A stretch of DNA of 64,000 nucleotides from Acetofilamentum sp. (GCA_020726405.1 DYSB01000001.1:7440-71439); one strand, 5' to 3'; numbered from the stretch's first letter, positions 17,568-27,744 are shown. Made by a program: numbers and translations. The notes: a model not told the origin generated them from the letters alone.

Positions 17568-18060
17568 GGAGCACCTCCGGTTGTTCACGTGTCCTGGCCA
17601 GGCGGGCTTCCGCCCGGCGCTCCCGAAAAAACCCGCGTAGCAGCTCGCCGCACTCGAGCTCGCGCACGCCGCCCAGCAGTTCCACCCGGTGGTTCAGCTC
17701 CGATCGTTGGACCACGTTGTGGACGCTGCCGCAGGCCCCGGCCTTGGGATCCCAGGCGCCGAACACCACCAGCGGAATCCGCGCCAGCACGATGGCGCCG
17801 CCGCACATGGTGCAGGGCTCCAGCGTGACATAGAGCGTGCAGGCCTCCAGGCGCCAGGAACCCAACTGATTGGCCGCGGCGGTGATGGCCAGCACTTCGG
17901 CGTGCGCCGTGGGATCCTGCAGGCTCTCCGTGCGATTGTGGCCGCGGCCGATTACCTGACCTTGGTGGACGATCACGGCGCCCACGGGCACCTCGCCCAG
18001 TTCGGCCGCCCGGCGAGCCTCGCGCAGGGCCATGTCCAGAAAGAGCTCGTGTGGATTCAC
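17539..18060 (-). CDS. tadA: tRNA-specific adenosine deaminase
   Basis: CDA-fold zinc motifs HAEVLAI and PCTMCGGAI; 173 aa. Confidence 0.9.
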   Translation of the reverse strand: MNPHELFLDMALREARRAAELGEVPVGAVIVHQGQVIGRGHNRTESLQDPTAHAEVLAITAAANQLGSWRLEACTLYVTLEPCTMCGGAIVLARIPLVVFGAWDPKAGACGSVHNVVQRSELNHRVELLGGVRELECGELLRGFFRERRAEARLARTREQPEVLHDRDDDPEY

Positions 18061-18656
18061 CGCGGCTTCCGGCGCTCTTCCGGCAATTCCGCACGATGCA
18101 GCCAGCCGCTGGTCCCAGCGGGGCTCTTCACCTGCAGGAAGCCCTGGCGGCTCTCCGGGGCCAGCACCGTCAGAACCTGGCGCCCGGGCAGCACCTGGTG
18201 TTCGCCCAGCAGATCCTGCTGCGAATAGAGCAGCGCTCCGGCCAGGCTCAGGGTGTCGCCGGCCACCGGCGGTCGGCAGGCCAGGCCCCGGGCCAGCTCG
18301 GCGGGCAGCGCCACGACGCGGCCGCCCGTCCCGCTCGCCCGGACTTCCAGCTCGCTACGGTAAACCCAGACGCGCCGCCGGGGCTGGGTGTCCAGCGCTT
18401 CCAGCTCCAAGTGGTAAAACCCGCCCTGGACCCCCAGCACCTTGGCCTTGCGGTCCTGCTTGAGGGATTGGGAGGAGTCCGCGAAGGACGGGGCCAGGAA
18501 GACCCGGGTGGGAGCCAGGGTGATGGTCTCGCCCGTCTGCAGAGGCGCGCGGCCGCCGACGGGGAGGTGATCCGGCAGCAGGACTTGGGCGCCGGCCGTC
18601 CCCAGCGCCAGCAATAGGTTCATGAGCAGGTGCAAGAGCAGGATGCGTGCGTACAT
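18057..18656 (-). CDS. hypothetical secreted protein
   Basis: Signal peptide MYARILLLHLLMNLLLALGTAGAQV starts at the internal ATG (18656). No family recognised. Lies between tadA and pilD on the same strand. Confidence 0.55.
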   Translation of the reverse strand: MYARILLLHLLMNLLLALGTAGAQVLLPDHLPVGGRAPLQTGETITLAPTRVFLAPSFADSSQSLKQDRKAKVLGVQGGFYHLELEALDTQPRRRVWVYRSELEVRASGTGGRVVALPAELARGLACRPPVAGDTLSLAGALLYSQQDLLGEHQVLPGRQVLTVLAPESRQGFLQVKSPAGTSGWLHRAELPEERRKPR

Positions 18657-18744
18657 GGTCGACCTTTCGTTGGGGATCCCGGGCGGGCTCAAGGTACGCA
18701 GCCCGGCAGGCCTCCGCCAGCGCCGTTGCGCACCGGCGGACCCG

Positions 18745-19545
18745 TTACAGGCCCAGGGCCCAGTCCAGATAGGCTCGGATCCACTCCGGCCCCTGCAGCA
18801 GGGCCAGCCAGCTGCCCAGAGTCAGCCAGGGGCCGAAGGCCAGCTCCACGCCGCGCCGTTTGAGCAGCAGGCCCCCGATGCTGCCGCCCAGCGCGGCCAG
18901 GAAGATGGCCAGCAGCGTGGACTGCCAGCCCAGCAGCAGGCCCAGCGCGGCCATCAGTTTCACATCGCCGGCGCCCATGCCTTCACGCTTGAAGAGCAGC
19001 CAGCCCAGCCAGGCGAAACCCCAGAGCAGACCGCCCCCCGCCAGAACTCCCAGGAGCGCGTCCGGCAGGGCAGGCAGGCGGCTCTCAGCGCCAGCCAGGC
19101 CGCTGGCGCTGAGGATCAGGCCCAGTCCGCCCAGCGCGCCCAGGGTCGCGGTCAGCGGGTTGGGCAGGCGGCGACAGTCCAAGTCGATCACCGCCAAGGC
19201 CACCAGCAGCGCCAGGGCCGGCAGCCAGACCAGCCAGGACCAGCCCAGCGGCACGCGCCAGGCCACGCTGAGGGCCGTGAGCGCCGTCAACAGCTCCACC
19301 AGCGGATAGCGGACGGGAATCCGCCAGCCGCAACCCGCGCAGCGTCCGCGCAGGCCCAGCCAACTCAGAACGGGCACGTTCTCCCAGGGCCGGATCCGCC
19401 GGCCGCAGGACGGACACGAGGATCCCGGCCGCACCAGGCTCAGGCCCTGGGGCACGCGGTGGATCAGCACGTTGTTGAAACTGCCCAGCGCCAGCCCCAG
19501 CAGAAGGGCCAGCCACCAGGGCGTCCAGAGAACGAGGGTCTCCAT
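18745..19545 (-). CDS. pilD: prepilin peptidase (A24 family)
   Basis: N-terminal CxxC...CxxC zinc-finger pairs (SCPSCGRR, CAGCGW), polytopic membrane body, GMGAGDVKLMAALGLLLGW. Confidence 0.92.
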   Translation of the reverse strand: METLVLWTPWWLALLLGLALGSFNNVLIHRVPQGLSLVRPGSSCPSCGRRIRPWENVPVLSWLGLRGRCAGCGWRIPVRYPLVELLTALTALSVAWRVPLGWSWLVWLPALALLVALAVIDLDCRRLPNPLTATLGALGGLGLILSASGLAGAESRLPALPDALLGVLAGGGLLWGFAWLGWLLFKREGMGAGDVKLMAALGLLLGWQSTLLAIFLAALGGSIGGLLLKRRGVELAFGPWLTLGSWLALLQGPEWIRAYLDWALGL

Positions 19546-19718
19546 CCTGTCTCCTCACGTGACGGTGTCGGGCCGGCTGTGGCGCCGCATGCTCCAACTC
19601 TCCGGCCGGCCGCTCGGGTCAAATCTCCGGCAGCCCGGGGCCCAATCCCACCTCCCCGCGCGCCAAAGAAAAGGGGCCGGAGCACGCTCCGACCCCTGGT
19701 CGTCGTCGTGCGCGGGGC

Positions 19719-20966
19719 TTAGTAGCCCAACTGCTGCACGGCCTGGCCAAACTCGAAGACCGGCAGGTAAATCACAATCACGATGGTGGCGATGACCACA
19801 CCGATGCCGATGATCATCATGGGTTCGATCAAGCTGGTCAAGCGCGTGATCACCGATTCCACCTGCTTCTGGTAGAACTCCGCCGCCTTCTTGAGCAGCG
19901 TGTCCAGCTCGCCTGTCTCCTCACCCGTCTGGGTGAGCTGGATCAGGGTGGGCGGGAAGATGCTGGTCTTGATCATGGCGTTGGAGAGCGAGTAGCCGTC
20001 CTTCAGCATCTCCTGCAGGTCGCCCACACCGCGGGAGACCACGGCGTTGCCCACCACGCCCTGCACCAGCTTCAGCGCCTCGGTCACCGTGACGCCCGAG
20101 CCGAACAGGATGCCCAGGGTCTTGGCATACTTGTTCATCACACTGTCGTGGATCAAGCCGCCAAAGACCGGCATCCTGAGCAGCATCTGATCCAGCGCCA
20201 ATTCGCCGCGATCCGTCAGGGTCAGCACCCAGAGCCAGAACGCGATGAACAGGATGCCGAAGACCGAAATGAAGAAGTTCTGCGCGATGATGTCGGAGAG
20301 CGTCACCATCAGGCGCGTGGGAGCGGGCAGCGTTGCCCCCAGCTGGGTGTAGATGTCCGTGAACTGGGGAATGATCTTCCAGAGCAGGATGAACACCACC
20401 ACCAGCAGGAAGCCGAACATGAAGATCGGGTAGTACATGGCGCCCTTGACTTCCTGGCGCGTGTCCTCCACGGTCTCCAGGTAGTCCGCCAGATCCTGCA
20501 GCACGGTGTGCAGCGAGCCCGACACCTCGCCGGCCTTGGTCAGCGCGACGTAGAGGCTGTTGAAGTGATAGGGGTAGTGGGCCATGGCGTCGGAGAGCTG
20601 CAGGCCCTGCTTGATCTCCATGTGGACGCCCATCAGGGTGCGCTTGAACTTCTTGTTGCGCTCCTCCCGGGCCAGGTTGCCAATCGCCTTCTCCAGGGTC
20701 AGGCCGGCGGAGAACATGGTGGAGAGCTGGCGCGTGAAGAAGACCATGACCTTGAGCGGCACGTGGTTCTTCAGGCTCTCCATGGCCGCGTTGATCTTGT
20801 CCAGCACGGTCACGCGCTGCACCTGATCGGCCTTGACCTCTTTGAGCTGGATCAAGGTGCCCTGGTTCTTCACCACCTCCAGGGCGGCGTCGAAATTGGC
20901 GGCCGTCAGCGAGGATTCCACCCGCTGCCCGGCGGCATTGCGAATCACATAATTGAATTTCGGCAT
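19719..20966 (-). CDS. pilC: type IV pilus inner-membrane platform protein
   Basis: 415 aa GspF-family protein with two repeated cytoplasmic domains plus 3 TM. Confidence 0.93.
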   Translation of the reverse strand: MPKFNYVIRNAAGQRVESSLTAANFDAALEVVKNQGTLIQLKEVKADQVQRVTVLDKINAAMESLKNHVPLKVMVFFTRQLSTMFSAGLTLEKAIGNLAREERNKKFKRTLMGVHMEIKQGLQLSDAMAHYPYHFNSLYVALTKAGEVSGSLHTVLQDLADYLETVEDTRQEVKGAMYYPIFMFGFLLVVVFILLWKIIPQFTDIYTQLGATLPAPTRLMVTLSDIIAQNFFISVFGILFIAFWLWVLTLTDRGELALDQMLLRMPVFGGLIHDSVMNKYAKTLGILFGSGVTVTEALKLVQGVVGNAVVSRGVGDLQEMLKDGYSLSNAMIKTSIFPPTLIQLTQTGEETGELDTLLKKAAEFYQKQVESVITRLTSLIEPMMIIGIGVVIATIVIVIYLPVFEFGQAVQQLGY

Positions 20967-20976
20967 TCAGACCTTC

Positions 20977-22677
20977 CTAGAAGTCTTCCACCGTGGCACG
21001 CTTCACTTCCGCCAGCGTCGTGATTCCATTCATGGCTCGGCTCAGGCCCGCGTAGCGCAGGGAGATCATGCCGTGTTCCTTGATGGCCACTTCGCGGATG
21101 CGCTCCTGGCTGGCATTGTCATAGATCAGCTTGCGGATGTCCTGCCGCACTTCCAGCACCTCGAAGATGCCGGTCCGGCCGCGATAGCCGGAATTGCGGC
21201 AATGCGGACAACCCTTGCCGGCGTAGATCGCCTTGCCCGTGAACTTGTCCGGATCCTCGTGGATGGCCAGCCAATCCTCGGGTGTGGAGATCTTCTCCTC
21301 TTTGCAGTGGGCGCAGATCCGGCGCACGAGGCGCTGGGCCATCACCAGGTTCAGGCAGCTGCCCACCAGGAAGGGCGGAACGCCCAGGTCGATGTAACGC
21401 GTGATGGTGGAGGGCGCGTCGTTGGCGTGCAGGGTGGTGAAGACCAGGTGGCCGGTCAAAGCGAACTTGATCGCGATGTCCGCCGTCTCCTGGTCGCGAA
21501 TTTCACCGATCAGCAGGGTGTCCGGGTCCTGACGCAGGATGGAGCGCAGCGAGGCGGCGAAGGTCAGGCCGATCTTCTCCCGCACTTGCACCTGGCTGAT
21601 GCCCTCCACCTGATACTCCACCGGGTCTTCCACCGTGGTGATGTTCGAGGTGATGGAACGCACCTCGCTCAGCGCGGCGTAGAGGGTGGTGGACTTGCCC
21701 GAGCCCGTCGGGCCGGAGATGATCACCATGCCGTAAGGCTGGGTGATCCAGTGGCTGAATTTGACGTGGTCGTCGTCGTTGAAACCCAAGTTGCGCAGGC
21801 TGAACATGAAGCCCGACTTGTCCAACAATCGCAGCACCACCTTCTCGCCGAAGACCGTGGGCAGGATGCTCACGCGGACGTCCACCAGGCGGTCCTGGGT
21901 CTTGATGGAGAGGCGGCCGTCCTGGGTCAAGCGCCGTTCGGCGATGTTGAGCTTGGAGATGATCTTGATGCGGCTGACGATGCCCGCATGGCTGCTGATG
22001 GGAATGCTCATGGCCTCCATCAACACGCCGTCGATGCGGTAGCGGATGCGCAGCACGTTTTCCTGGGGCTCCACGTGGATGTCCGTGGCGCGCTCCTGGA
22101 TGGCCTGGGTGAACATCTGGTTCACCAGGCGCACCACCGGGCTGTCCGCCAGGTCGCGCTCGACTTCCAGCCCGCCTTCCTTGTCGTCCGCGTCGGGATC
22201 GGCCACGAACTCCATCTTCGAGATGGTGTCATGGATTTCCGTCGAGCGCCGGATCTTGGTGTAGAGCCGGTCCACGGCTTCGTCGATGGTGCGTTCGCCG
22301 CCCAGCCGGGCCTGGATGGGCATGGTCACCGAGCGCTTGAGGCCGTCCAGCACCACCAGGTCGTCGGTGTCGGCCATGGCCACCACCAGCAGGCCGTTCT
22401 CGATGCAGATGGGCACCGCGCGATTGGCCTTGGCGAACTCCTCGCTGACCTTGATCAGCGCGTCGTCGTCCGCCAGCAGGATGCGCTCCGAGGAGACCCA
22501 GTCCACGCCCAACTGCTCGGCCAGGCCTTCCACCAACTGGTCCTCGCTGAGCAGGTTCAGGTCCAGCATGACCTGACCGATGCGCTTGCCCATGTAATTC
22601 TGGCTGATGGCTTGCCGGACCTGATCCTGGGTGACGTACCCCTTGCGGACCAGGATTTCGCCGATCTTTTCAAACAT
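20977..22677 (-). CDS. pilB: type IV pilus assembly ATPase
   Basis: 566 aa GspE-family: Walker A GPTGSGKSTT, Asp box, His box, tetracysteine CAHC...CPHC. Confidence 0.95.
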   Translation of the reverse strand: MFEKIGEILVRKGYVTQDQVRQAISQNYMGKRIGQVMLDLNLLSEDQLVEGLAEQLGVDWVSSERILLADDDALIKVSEEFAKANRAVPICIENGLLVVAMADTDDLVVLDGLKRSVTMPIQARLGGERTIDEAVDRLYTKIRRSTEIHDTISKMEFVADPDADDKEGGLEVERDLADSPVVRLVNQMFTQAIQERATDIHVEPQENVLRIRYRIDGVLMEAMSIPISSHAGIVSRIKIISKLNIAERRLTQDGRLSIKTQDRLVDVRVSILPTVFGEKVVLRLLDKSGFMFSLRNLGFNDDDHVKFSHWITQPYGMVIISGPTGSGKSTTLYAALSEVRSITSNITTVEDPVEYQVEGISQVQVREKIGLTFAASLRSILRQDPDTLLIGEIRDQETADIAIKFALTGHLVFTTLHANDAPSTITRYIDLGVPPFLVGSCLNLVMAQRLVRRICAHCKEEKISTPEDWLAIHEDPDKFTGKAIYAGKGCPHCRNSGYRGRTGIFEVLEVRQDIRKLIYDNASQERIREVAIKEHGMISLRYAGLSRAMNGITTLAEVKRATVEDF

Positions 22678-22711
22678 GCGGATTCATTCCAATGCTAGAA
22701 ATCGTGAAGCG

Positions 22712-22750
22712 TGATGAAAACGGCGGGGGCCCACCCGGTGGACCCCCGCC
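22712..22750 (-). terminator. strong hairpin plus U-tract between the Ig-domain lipoprotein gene and pilB (intra-locus attenuator/terminator)
   Basis: GGCGGGGG-C-CCAC...GTGG-A-CCCCCGCC at 22722-22750. On the minus strand it is followed by GUUUUCAUCACGCUUCACGAUUUCU; ~40 nt upstream of the pilB start. Confidence 0.5.
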
Positions 22751-22759
22751 GGAACTGCA

Positions 22760-25717
22760 TCAGTCGCAGGGACGCGTGACCTGAATGATGCCCACGTCCG
22801 AGGACGGGCCACCCGGCTGGCGGACGGCGCCCAGGCTCAGGTTGTAGGGATTGTACCGGTAGCAGGGCGGGGTGTCGTCGTCGCACAGCACGCCCGTGTT
22901 CTCCAGCACGTCCGGACAGATGGTCAGGGTGACGGTCACCTGGCCCATGATGTCCGTGATGCCTTCGGTGGGATCGAAGGTGCCGCCGTTGGAGCACCAG
23001 AACTGGATCAGCTGATTGCTCACCAGGCAGCCGTAGCCGTCGCGCAGCGTGGCGCGCACGGTCACATCCTGACAGGGCGGCATGCCCGGGCAGGGCAGCA
23101 TGGGGAACACCACCTGGTCCGTGCTGACCTCGATGGTCAGGTTGTCGTCGCGATCGCCGGGCTGGAAGGGCAGCTGGAATTCCGCCGTGCCGTCCGGGGT
23201 CTGCTTGAAGACGCAGACGTTGCCCGTGCGCCAACCCGTGATTTCTTCCGGATCGAAGGGATTCTCGAAGAGCGGGATCTCGCCGGCCGTGCAGGCCCAG
23301 GCCGTGTCGATGACGGCGCCGATGGCCTGGCAGTGGTACAGCATGTAATCCTTGGCCACGCCGTGCAGGTCTTCCTCGTCCTCGGCGTCAAAGCCCGTCA
23401 TGCCGAAGCCGTCCATGGAGGCCAGGTTCGGCGGATCCAGGAAGAAGTATACAGCCGTGCTGTCCTTGACGTCGTTGGAATAGCGATCCCAGAAGTGCGC
23501 GGCCCAGGTGACGCGCCACATGGAGGCGCCCACCTGATCGCCCGTGGGATCGAAGTCCAGCGTGCCGTAGGCCGGCGGACCGGCCACGATGGTCACCAGC
23601 GGATAGCTGGAATACACGTCGATGCCCATGTCGTTGATCACCGCGCCCACCTGGACCACGCCCGGCCGGCGGCCGGCGTTGATCACCATCTGGGCGATGC
23701 CGTTCTGGGACACCGCGACCAGCGTGTCACCCATGAAATGGACGTCCTCCATGCCCGGGGTGGACAGATAGCTCTCCGGCGGGCTGGCCTGCAGGAAGAA
23801 CTTGACCGGGATGTCCATGGTCACCAGCGAGCCCGAGGCGTCCACCACGCGGGCCTGCACCAGCGCCTGGGAGGCCGTGCCGAAGCCCAGGATCTGGATG
23901 CGCGGCGTGGCCGTGGCCATGGTGACGTTCACGGGCAGGCCTGAGTTCACGGTCACGGTGGAGACGTTGCTCCAGAGGGTGTCGGCCTGGGTGCCCGAAC
24001 CCGTCACGAAGTAGGCGCGCACGCTGCTCACGCCCGTCTGGTTGTTCATGCTGAAGATGGCCGAGGCCTGGCCCTGCTCGTTGGTGAAGGCACCCGCGGT
24101 GACCTGGCCGATGCCGTTGGTTTTGAAGCCCAGCGGGACGCCCGAGCCCAGGCGCTGGTTCTGGCTGTTGAAGACGGTGGCCAGCACGTTGCTCTGCAGG
24201 GAACCGTTGACGGGATTCGGCAGGGTCTGGTTGTCGATGCTGAGCGTGATGTGGTGCGGCGTGCCCAGCGGCAGGTCCACCGGGTAGTCCTGCACGTCCT
24301 GCAGGTTCGTGGCCGCGCCGTAGCCCACCAGCGCCACGCTGAGGGAGAGGGTCTGGCCGGCATGGCTCTCGTCGCAGTCATGCCAGGTCACGCTGGCCAC
24401 GCCGTTGGCGTCCGTCGTGGCCGTGGCGCCCATCTGGCCGAAGGTGGCGCTGAAGGTCACGGTCTTGCCCACGATGGCCGTGTTGGTGTCGTTGTACTTC
24501 AGCGACGCCCGCACGTTGGTAACGTTCTCTTCCAGGCACTCGCTGTCGATTTCCAGCTCGCCGCCCGGCACCGGATTGAAGATCACCAGGTCGATGGGCC
24601 GCGCGTCCGCCACCTCAAAGAGATAGTTGAAGGCCCGCCCGCTGGTGTGCACCATGGAGAGCATTAGGTCGCCGCCCTCGAGCTCGCAAGAGCGCCAGGC
24701 GAAGGTCAGGATGCCGGCGTCGTCGGTGACGAGGCTGTACATGCTCTGGTCGGTCAATTCGCCGAAGCTGGGCTCGATGTTGAAGCGCGCGCCGGCCACC
24801 GGGTTGTTGCTGCGGTCGCGGTACTGATAGACGAAACGGGTGGAATCCGAACAGAGCTGGTCGCCGCGCAGCTGCGGATTCTGGGGCAGCACGCGCTGCA
24901 GGCTGTAGCCGAAGTCGTTCAGCAGGTGGACGGTAGAGGTGGTGAAGAAATCCGAGCTGCCCGAGACGGCGGCCGTGAAGCGGATCCGCACCGAGTCCGT
25001 CGGCTGGTTCGAAGAATTGGCGTAATACACGTTGTTGGTGACGCCGTCGGCGCCCGTCACGCCCTGGGCGGAAACGACGCCCGCGATGCCCGGGCCCACG
25101 GAGGCGACACTGAAGTTGAGCGCCACGCCCTGCACGCCAACGCGCTGGGTCTCGTTGCCCACAACTACATCACGATAGGCGTAGACCTGCACGGGCAGGG
25201 TTTCAGCCGCATCCTCCATCCGATAGATGGTGCTGCCGTCCGCCGGGTTGAGGAAGGCCAGCTGGATGTCGCTCTGCTCGATCAGGGTCAGGCTGGCTGA
25301 GCCGGTCCGGTTGCCCGCCGTGGCCACGAAGGTGACGGTCTGTTCGCCCTCGAAGGCCTGGTCGCTGGGCAGCACGCGGAAGGCGTAGCGCGCCTCGCCG
25401 TTGTCGTCCGTCAGGTGGTTGGTCAGCGGAATCAGGGCGCCGCCGAACGCGGACTGCACCTGGCAGCTCACCGTCACACCGGCAATGGCCGTGCGTTCGG
25501 CGTCCAGCACCAGCACGGTGACCGTGTCGCGGATGGCCGTGCGCGAGGACTGGCTGTAGTAGACCTCGCCGTTCTGCACGCTGACTTCCACCTGTGCCAC
25601 TTGTCGGCCGCCCGCGCCCGTGTTGTCCTGGTTGGTCACCGTGCGACTGTCGCAGGCCGTCCACATGAGGGCAGCGAACGCCAGGAGCGCGGGGAGTAGG
25701 AATCTCAGACTCTTCAT
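22760..25717 (-). CDS. large secreted lipoprotein with tandem invasin-type Ig-like (Big) repeats and a Cys-rich C-terminal domain
   Basis: 985 aa. Signal MKSLRFLLPALLAFAALMWTAC. Repeated DxNGxAxx motifs (DDNGEARYAFRVL, TDANGVASVTWHD, TNEQGQASAIF) typical of Big_1 domains, and a Thr/Ser/Asn/Val-rich beta composition. The last ~200 aa contain 11 Cys (CPGMPPC, WCSNGG, LCDDDTPPC). Sits between pilQ and pilB. Confidence 0.8.
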   Translation of the reverse strand: MKSLRFLLPALLAFAALMWTACDSRTVTNQDNTGAGGRQVAQVEVSVQNGEVYYSQSSRTAIRDTVTVLVLDAERTAIAGVTVSCQVQSAFGGALIPLTNHLTDDNGEARYAFRVLPSDQAFEGEQTVTFVATAGNRTGSASLTLIEQSDIQLAFLNPADGSTIYRMEDAAETLPVQVYAYRDVVVGNETQRVGVQGVALNFSVASVGPGIAGVVSAQGVTGADGVTNNVYYANSSNQPTDSVRIRFTAAVSGSSDFFTTSTVHLLNDFGYSLQRVLPQNPQLRGDQLCSDSTRFVYQYRDRSNNPVAGARFNIEPSFGELTDQSMYSLVTDDAGILTFAWRSCELEGGDLMLSMVHTSGRAFNYLFEVADARPIDLVIFNPVPGGELEIDSECLEENVTNVRASLKYNDTNTAIVGKTVTFSATFGQMGATATTDANGVASVTWHDCDESHAGQTLSLSVALVGYGAATNLQDVQDYPVDLPLGTPHHITLSIDNQTLPNPVNGSLQSNVLATVFNSQNQRLGSGVPLGFKTNGIGQVTAGAFTNEQGQASAIFSMNNQTGVSSVRAYFVTGSGTQADTLWSNVSTVTVNSGLPVNVTMATATPRIQILGFGTASQALVQARVVDASGSLVTMDIPVKFFLQASPPESYLSTPGMEDVHFMGDTLVAVSQNGIAQMVINAGRRPGVVQVGAVINDMGIDVYSSYPLVTIVAGPPAYGTLDFDPTGDQVGASMWRVTWAAHFWDRYSNDVKDSTAVYFFLDPPNLASMDGFGMTGFDAEDEEDLHGVAKDYMLYHCQAIGAVIDTAWACTAGEIPLFENPFDPEEITGWRTGNVCVFKQTPDGTAEFQLPFQPGDRDDNLTIEVSTDQVVFPMLPCPGMPPCQDVTVRATLRDGYGCLVSNQLIQFWCSNGGTFDPTEGITDIMGQVTVTLTICPDVLENTGVLCDDDTPPCYRYNPYNLSLGAVRQPGGPSSDVGIIQVTRPCD

Positions 25718-25728
25718 CGTGGCACTCC

Positions 25729-27177
25729 TTACTTGTCGTTATCCATGATCAGGTCGTCCAGGCGCAGTTCGTCCTCGACCTCCTGGATGTTGGCCGGCAG
25801 CGGCTCGGTCCAGGTGCCTTCGGGCATGAGGATGTGCGGGGTGATCTGGATGACCAGGTCAGTCTTCGAGATGCGCTCCTCGTTGGAGCGGAACAGGCCG
25901 CCAAGGAAGGGCAGCTTGGAGAGAATGGGCATGCGATAGACCACGCGGGTCTTCTGGGTCTCCAGCAGGCCGGCGATGATGATGGACTCGCTGTCCTTCA
26001 CGCGTACCGTGGTGGTCGCCGTCCGGCGCTTGACCTGGGGGATGTCGGCGTTGACGCCCTTCCAGTCCACGATGGAACTGACTTCCGGGGAGACCTCGGT
26101 GGTGATCCAGCCTTCAGGGTTGATATGGGGCAGGATGCTCAGCTTGATGCCGACTTCCTGCTCCTTGACCGTGATCTGCTGGGTCTGGCCGCCGGCGTTG
26201 AACACGTAGCTGACCACGTCCACCACACTGATGTTGGCGGGGCGGTTGTTCAGGGTGGCCACGCGGCTGGCCGCCAGAACGCTGGCCTTGTTGTTGCGCA
26301 GCATGAAGTTCAGTGTGACGTCGAAGGCGGTCATCTGGCGGCTGAAGTGGCCGATGTTGTCCAGGTCCAGCGGCTGGAAGGGCGCCGTCTGGGGCAGGGA
26401 GCCCTGCGGGATCTGGATCTCATTCATCCACAGCCAGGGGCCGCCGGCGTTGTTCTTCCAGCCCTGGTTGGAGGTCGGATTCCCCCAATCGTCCGGGATC
26501 ATCCAGTCCTGCCGGACGGTCCCGTTCTCGGCCAGGATGTTGGTGATCTTGTTCAGCTTGCCCCAGTCCACGCCCATCAGTTCCTGGTCGCCCACGACCA
26601 CTTCGATGAGCTTGGCCTCAAGCATCACCTGGGGCGCCGGGCGGTCCACCCGGGCGACCACGTCGCGCACTTCCTCGAGCACCTTGGTGGAGGTGCGCAG
26701 GATCAGCGCGTTGCCGCTGGTGTCCACCTGGGCCAGCTTGGTCATGTCCTGGACCATCTTCAGCACTTCACTGGCCGAGACGTAGTTCAGCGGGATCACG
26801 TAGCTGTTGAGGCCCACCTGGGTCTGGATCTTGGCGGGATCGGCCACCAGGAAGCTGTTGCCCACTTTTTCGTAGGAAAGACCCGCCGCGCGCACCACCA
26901 GGTCCAGGGCTTCCTGAACCGGCGTGTCTTTGATGTGCAGCGAGATGCGGCCGAAGTCGTTCTCCTTTTCCTGGCTGAGCTCGGAGCCGGTGACAATGTT
27001 GTAGCCTGACTGGCGCGCCAGAATGGCCAGAATGTCCGCCAGATTGGCATCCTGGGCGTCAATGCTGACCCGGTTGTCCAGACTGGGAGTGACGGCCAGG
27101 GCCGTCGGCGCGAGCCAGCACGAGGATGCCAGCAGGATGCCTCCGCAGCAGATGGAAAGGAGGGATCGTTTGGTCAT
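25729..27177 (-). CDS. pilQ: type IV pilus secretin (short form)
   Basis: 482 aa. Signal MTKRSLLSICCGGILLASSCWLAPTALA, secretin-N domains, and a C-terminal secretin core (VVYRMPILSKLPFLGGLFRSNEERISKTDLVIQITPHIL). Confidence 0.88.
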   Translation of the reverse strand: MTKRSLLSICCGGILLASSCWLAPTALAVTPSLDNRVSIDAQDANLADILAILARQSGYNIVTGSELSQEKENDFGRISLHIKDTPVQEALDLVVRAAGLSYEKVGNSFLVADPAKIQTQVGLNSYVIPLNYVSASEVLKMVQDMTKLAQVDTSGNALILRTSTKVLEEVRDVVARVDRPAPQVMLEAKLIEVVVGDQELMGVDWGKLNKITNILAENGTVRQDWMIPDDWGNPTSNQGWKNNAGGPWLWMNEIQIPQGSLPQTAPFQPLDLDNIGHFSRQMTAFDVTLNFMLRNNKASVLAASRVATLNNRPANISVVDVVSYVFNAGGQTQQITVKEQEVGIKLSILPHINPEGWITTEVSPEVSSIVDWKGVNADIPQVKRRTATTTVRVKDSESIIIAGLLETQKTRVVYRMPILSKLPFLGGLFRSNEERISKTDLVIQITPHILMPEGTWTEPLPANIQEVEDELRLDDLIMDNDK

Positions 27178-27210
27178 CGGGGTCTATCTCCGTGTTTCAG
27201 TGAATTCGAC

Positions 27211-27744
27211 CTAGAATTCGAAGTTGCCCTGGGACAGGCGCTTGGCCAGATCCTTGGTGGCGGCTTCCACCTTGAGGGTCAGGGATTGGCCGTTGCCGTT
27301 CAAGCGGACTTGATCGCGACCAATGTCCGCCACCTGGTAGCCCTCGAAGCGGTCACCCGCGGACACCACGTGGTTTTTGTTGCGCAGCCGGATGATCGCC
27401 CGGGGCAGGTCGCCGCTGATGATGCAGGACAGCCGGGGCTTCTTCTCCAGGGCAGCGAGGAAGTTCTTGTCGTCCATCATGATGTTCTTGGAGATCACCA
27501 CGCGGGACAGTTCCAGCGGATCGATCCGGCTCTCGAAGACGAAGGTCTGGCGCTCCTTCAAGCGGGCCTCCAGTTCGTCCACCGTGCTTTGCAGGCGCTG
27601 GTCGCTGCCCACGGTGATGTCCGGCTTGGCCTTCAACTCGGCCACCTGCTGGTGCAGGCCCCAGGCCTGCCAGCCGAACCAGCCAATGGAGACGAAGAAG
27701 AGGGTGATCAGCAGATTCCAGAACAGCTGGTTGTAGGTTTTCAT
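27211..27744 (-). CDS. pilP: PilP-like pilus assembly protein
   Basis: 177 aa: N-terminal TM, a coiled-coil, and a C-terminal beta domain. Positioned between pilO and pilQ as in canonical pilMNOPQ operons. Confidence 0.55.
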   Translation of the reverse strand: MKTYNQLFWNLLITLFFVSIGWFGWQAWGLHQQVAELKAKPDITVGSDQRLQSTVDELEARLKERQTFVFESRIDPLELSRVVISKNIMMDDKNFLAALEKKPRLSCIISGDLPRAIIRLRNKNHVVSAGDRFEGYQVADIGRDQVRLNGNGQSLTLKVEAATKDLAKRLSQGNFEF

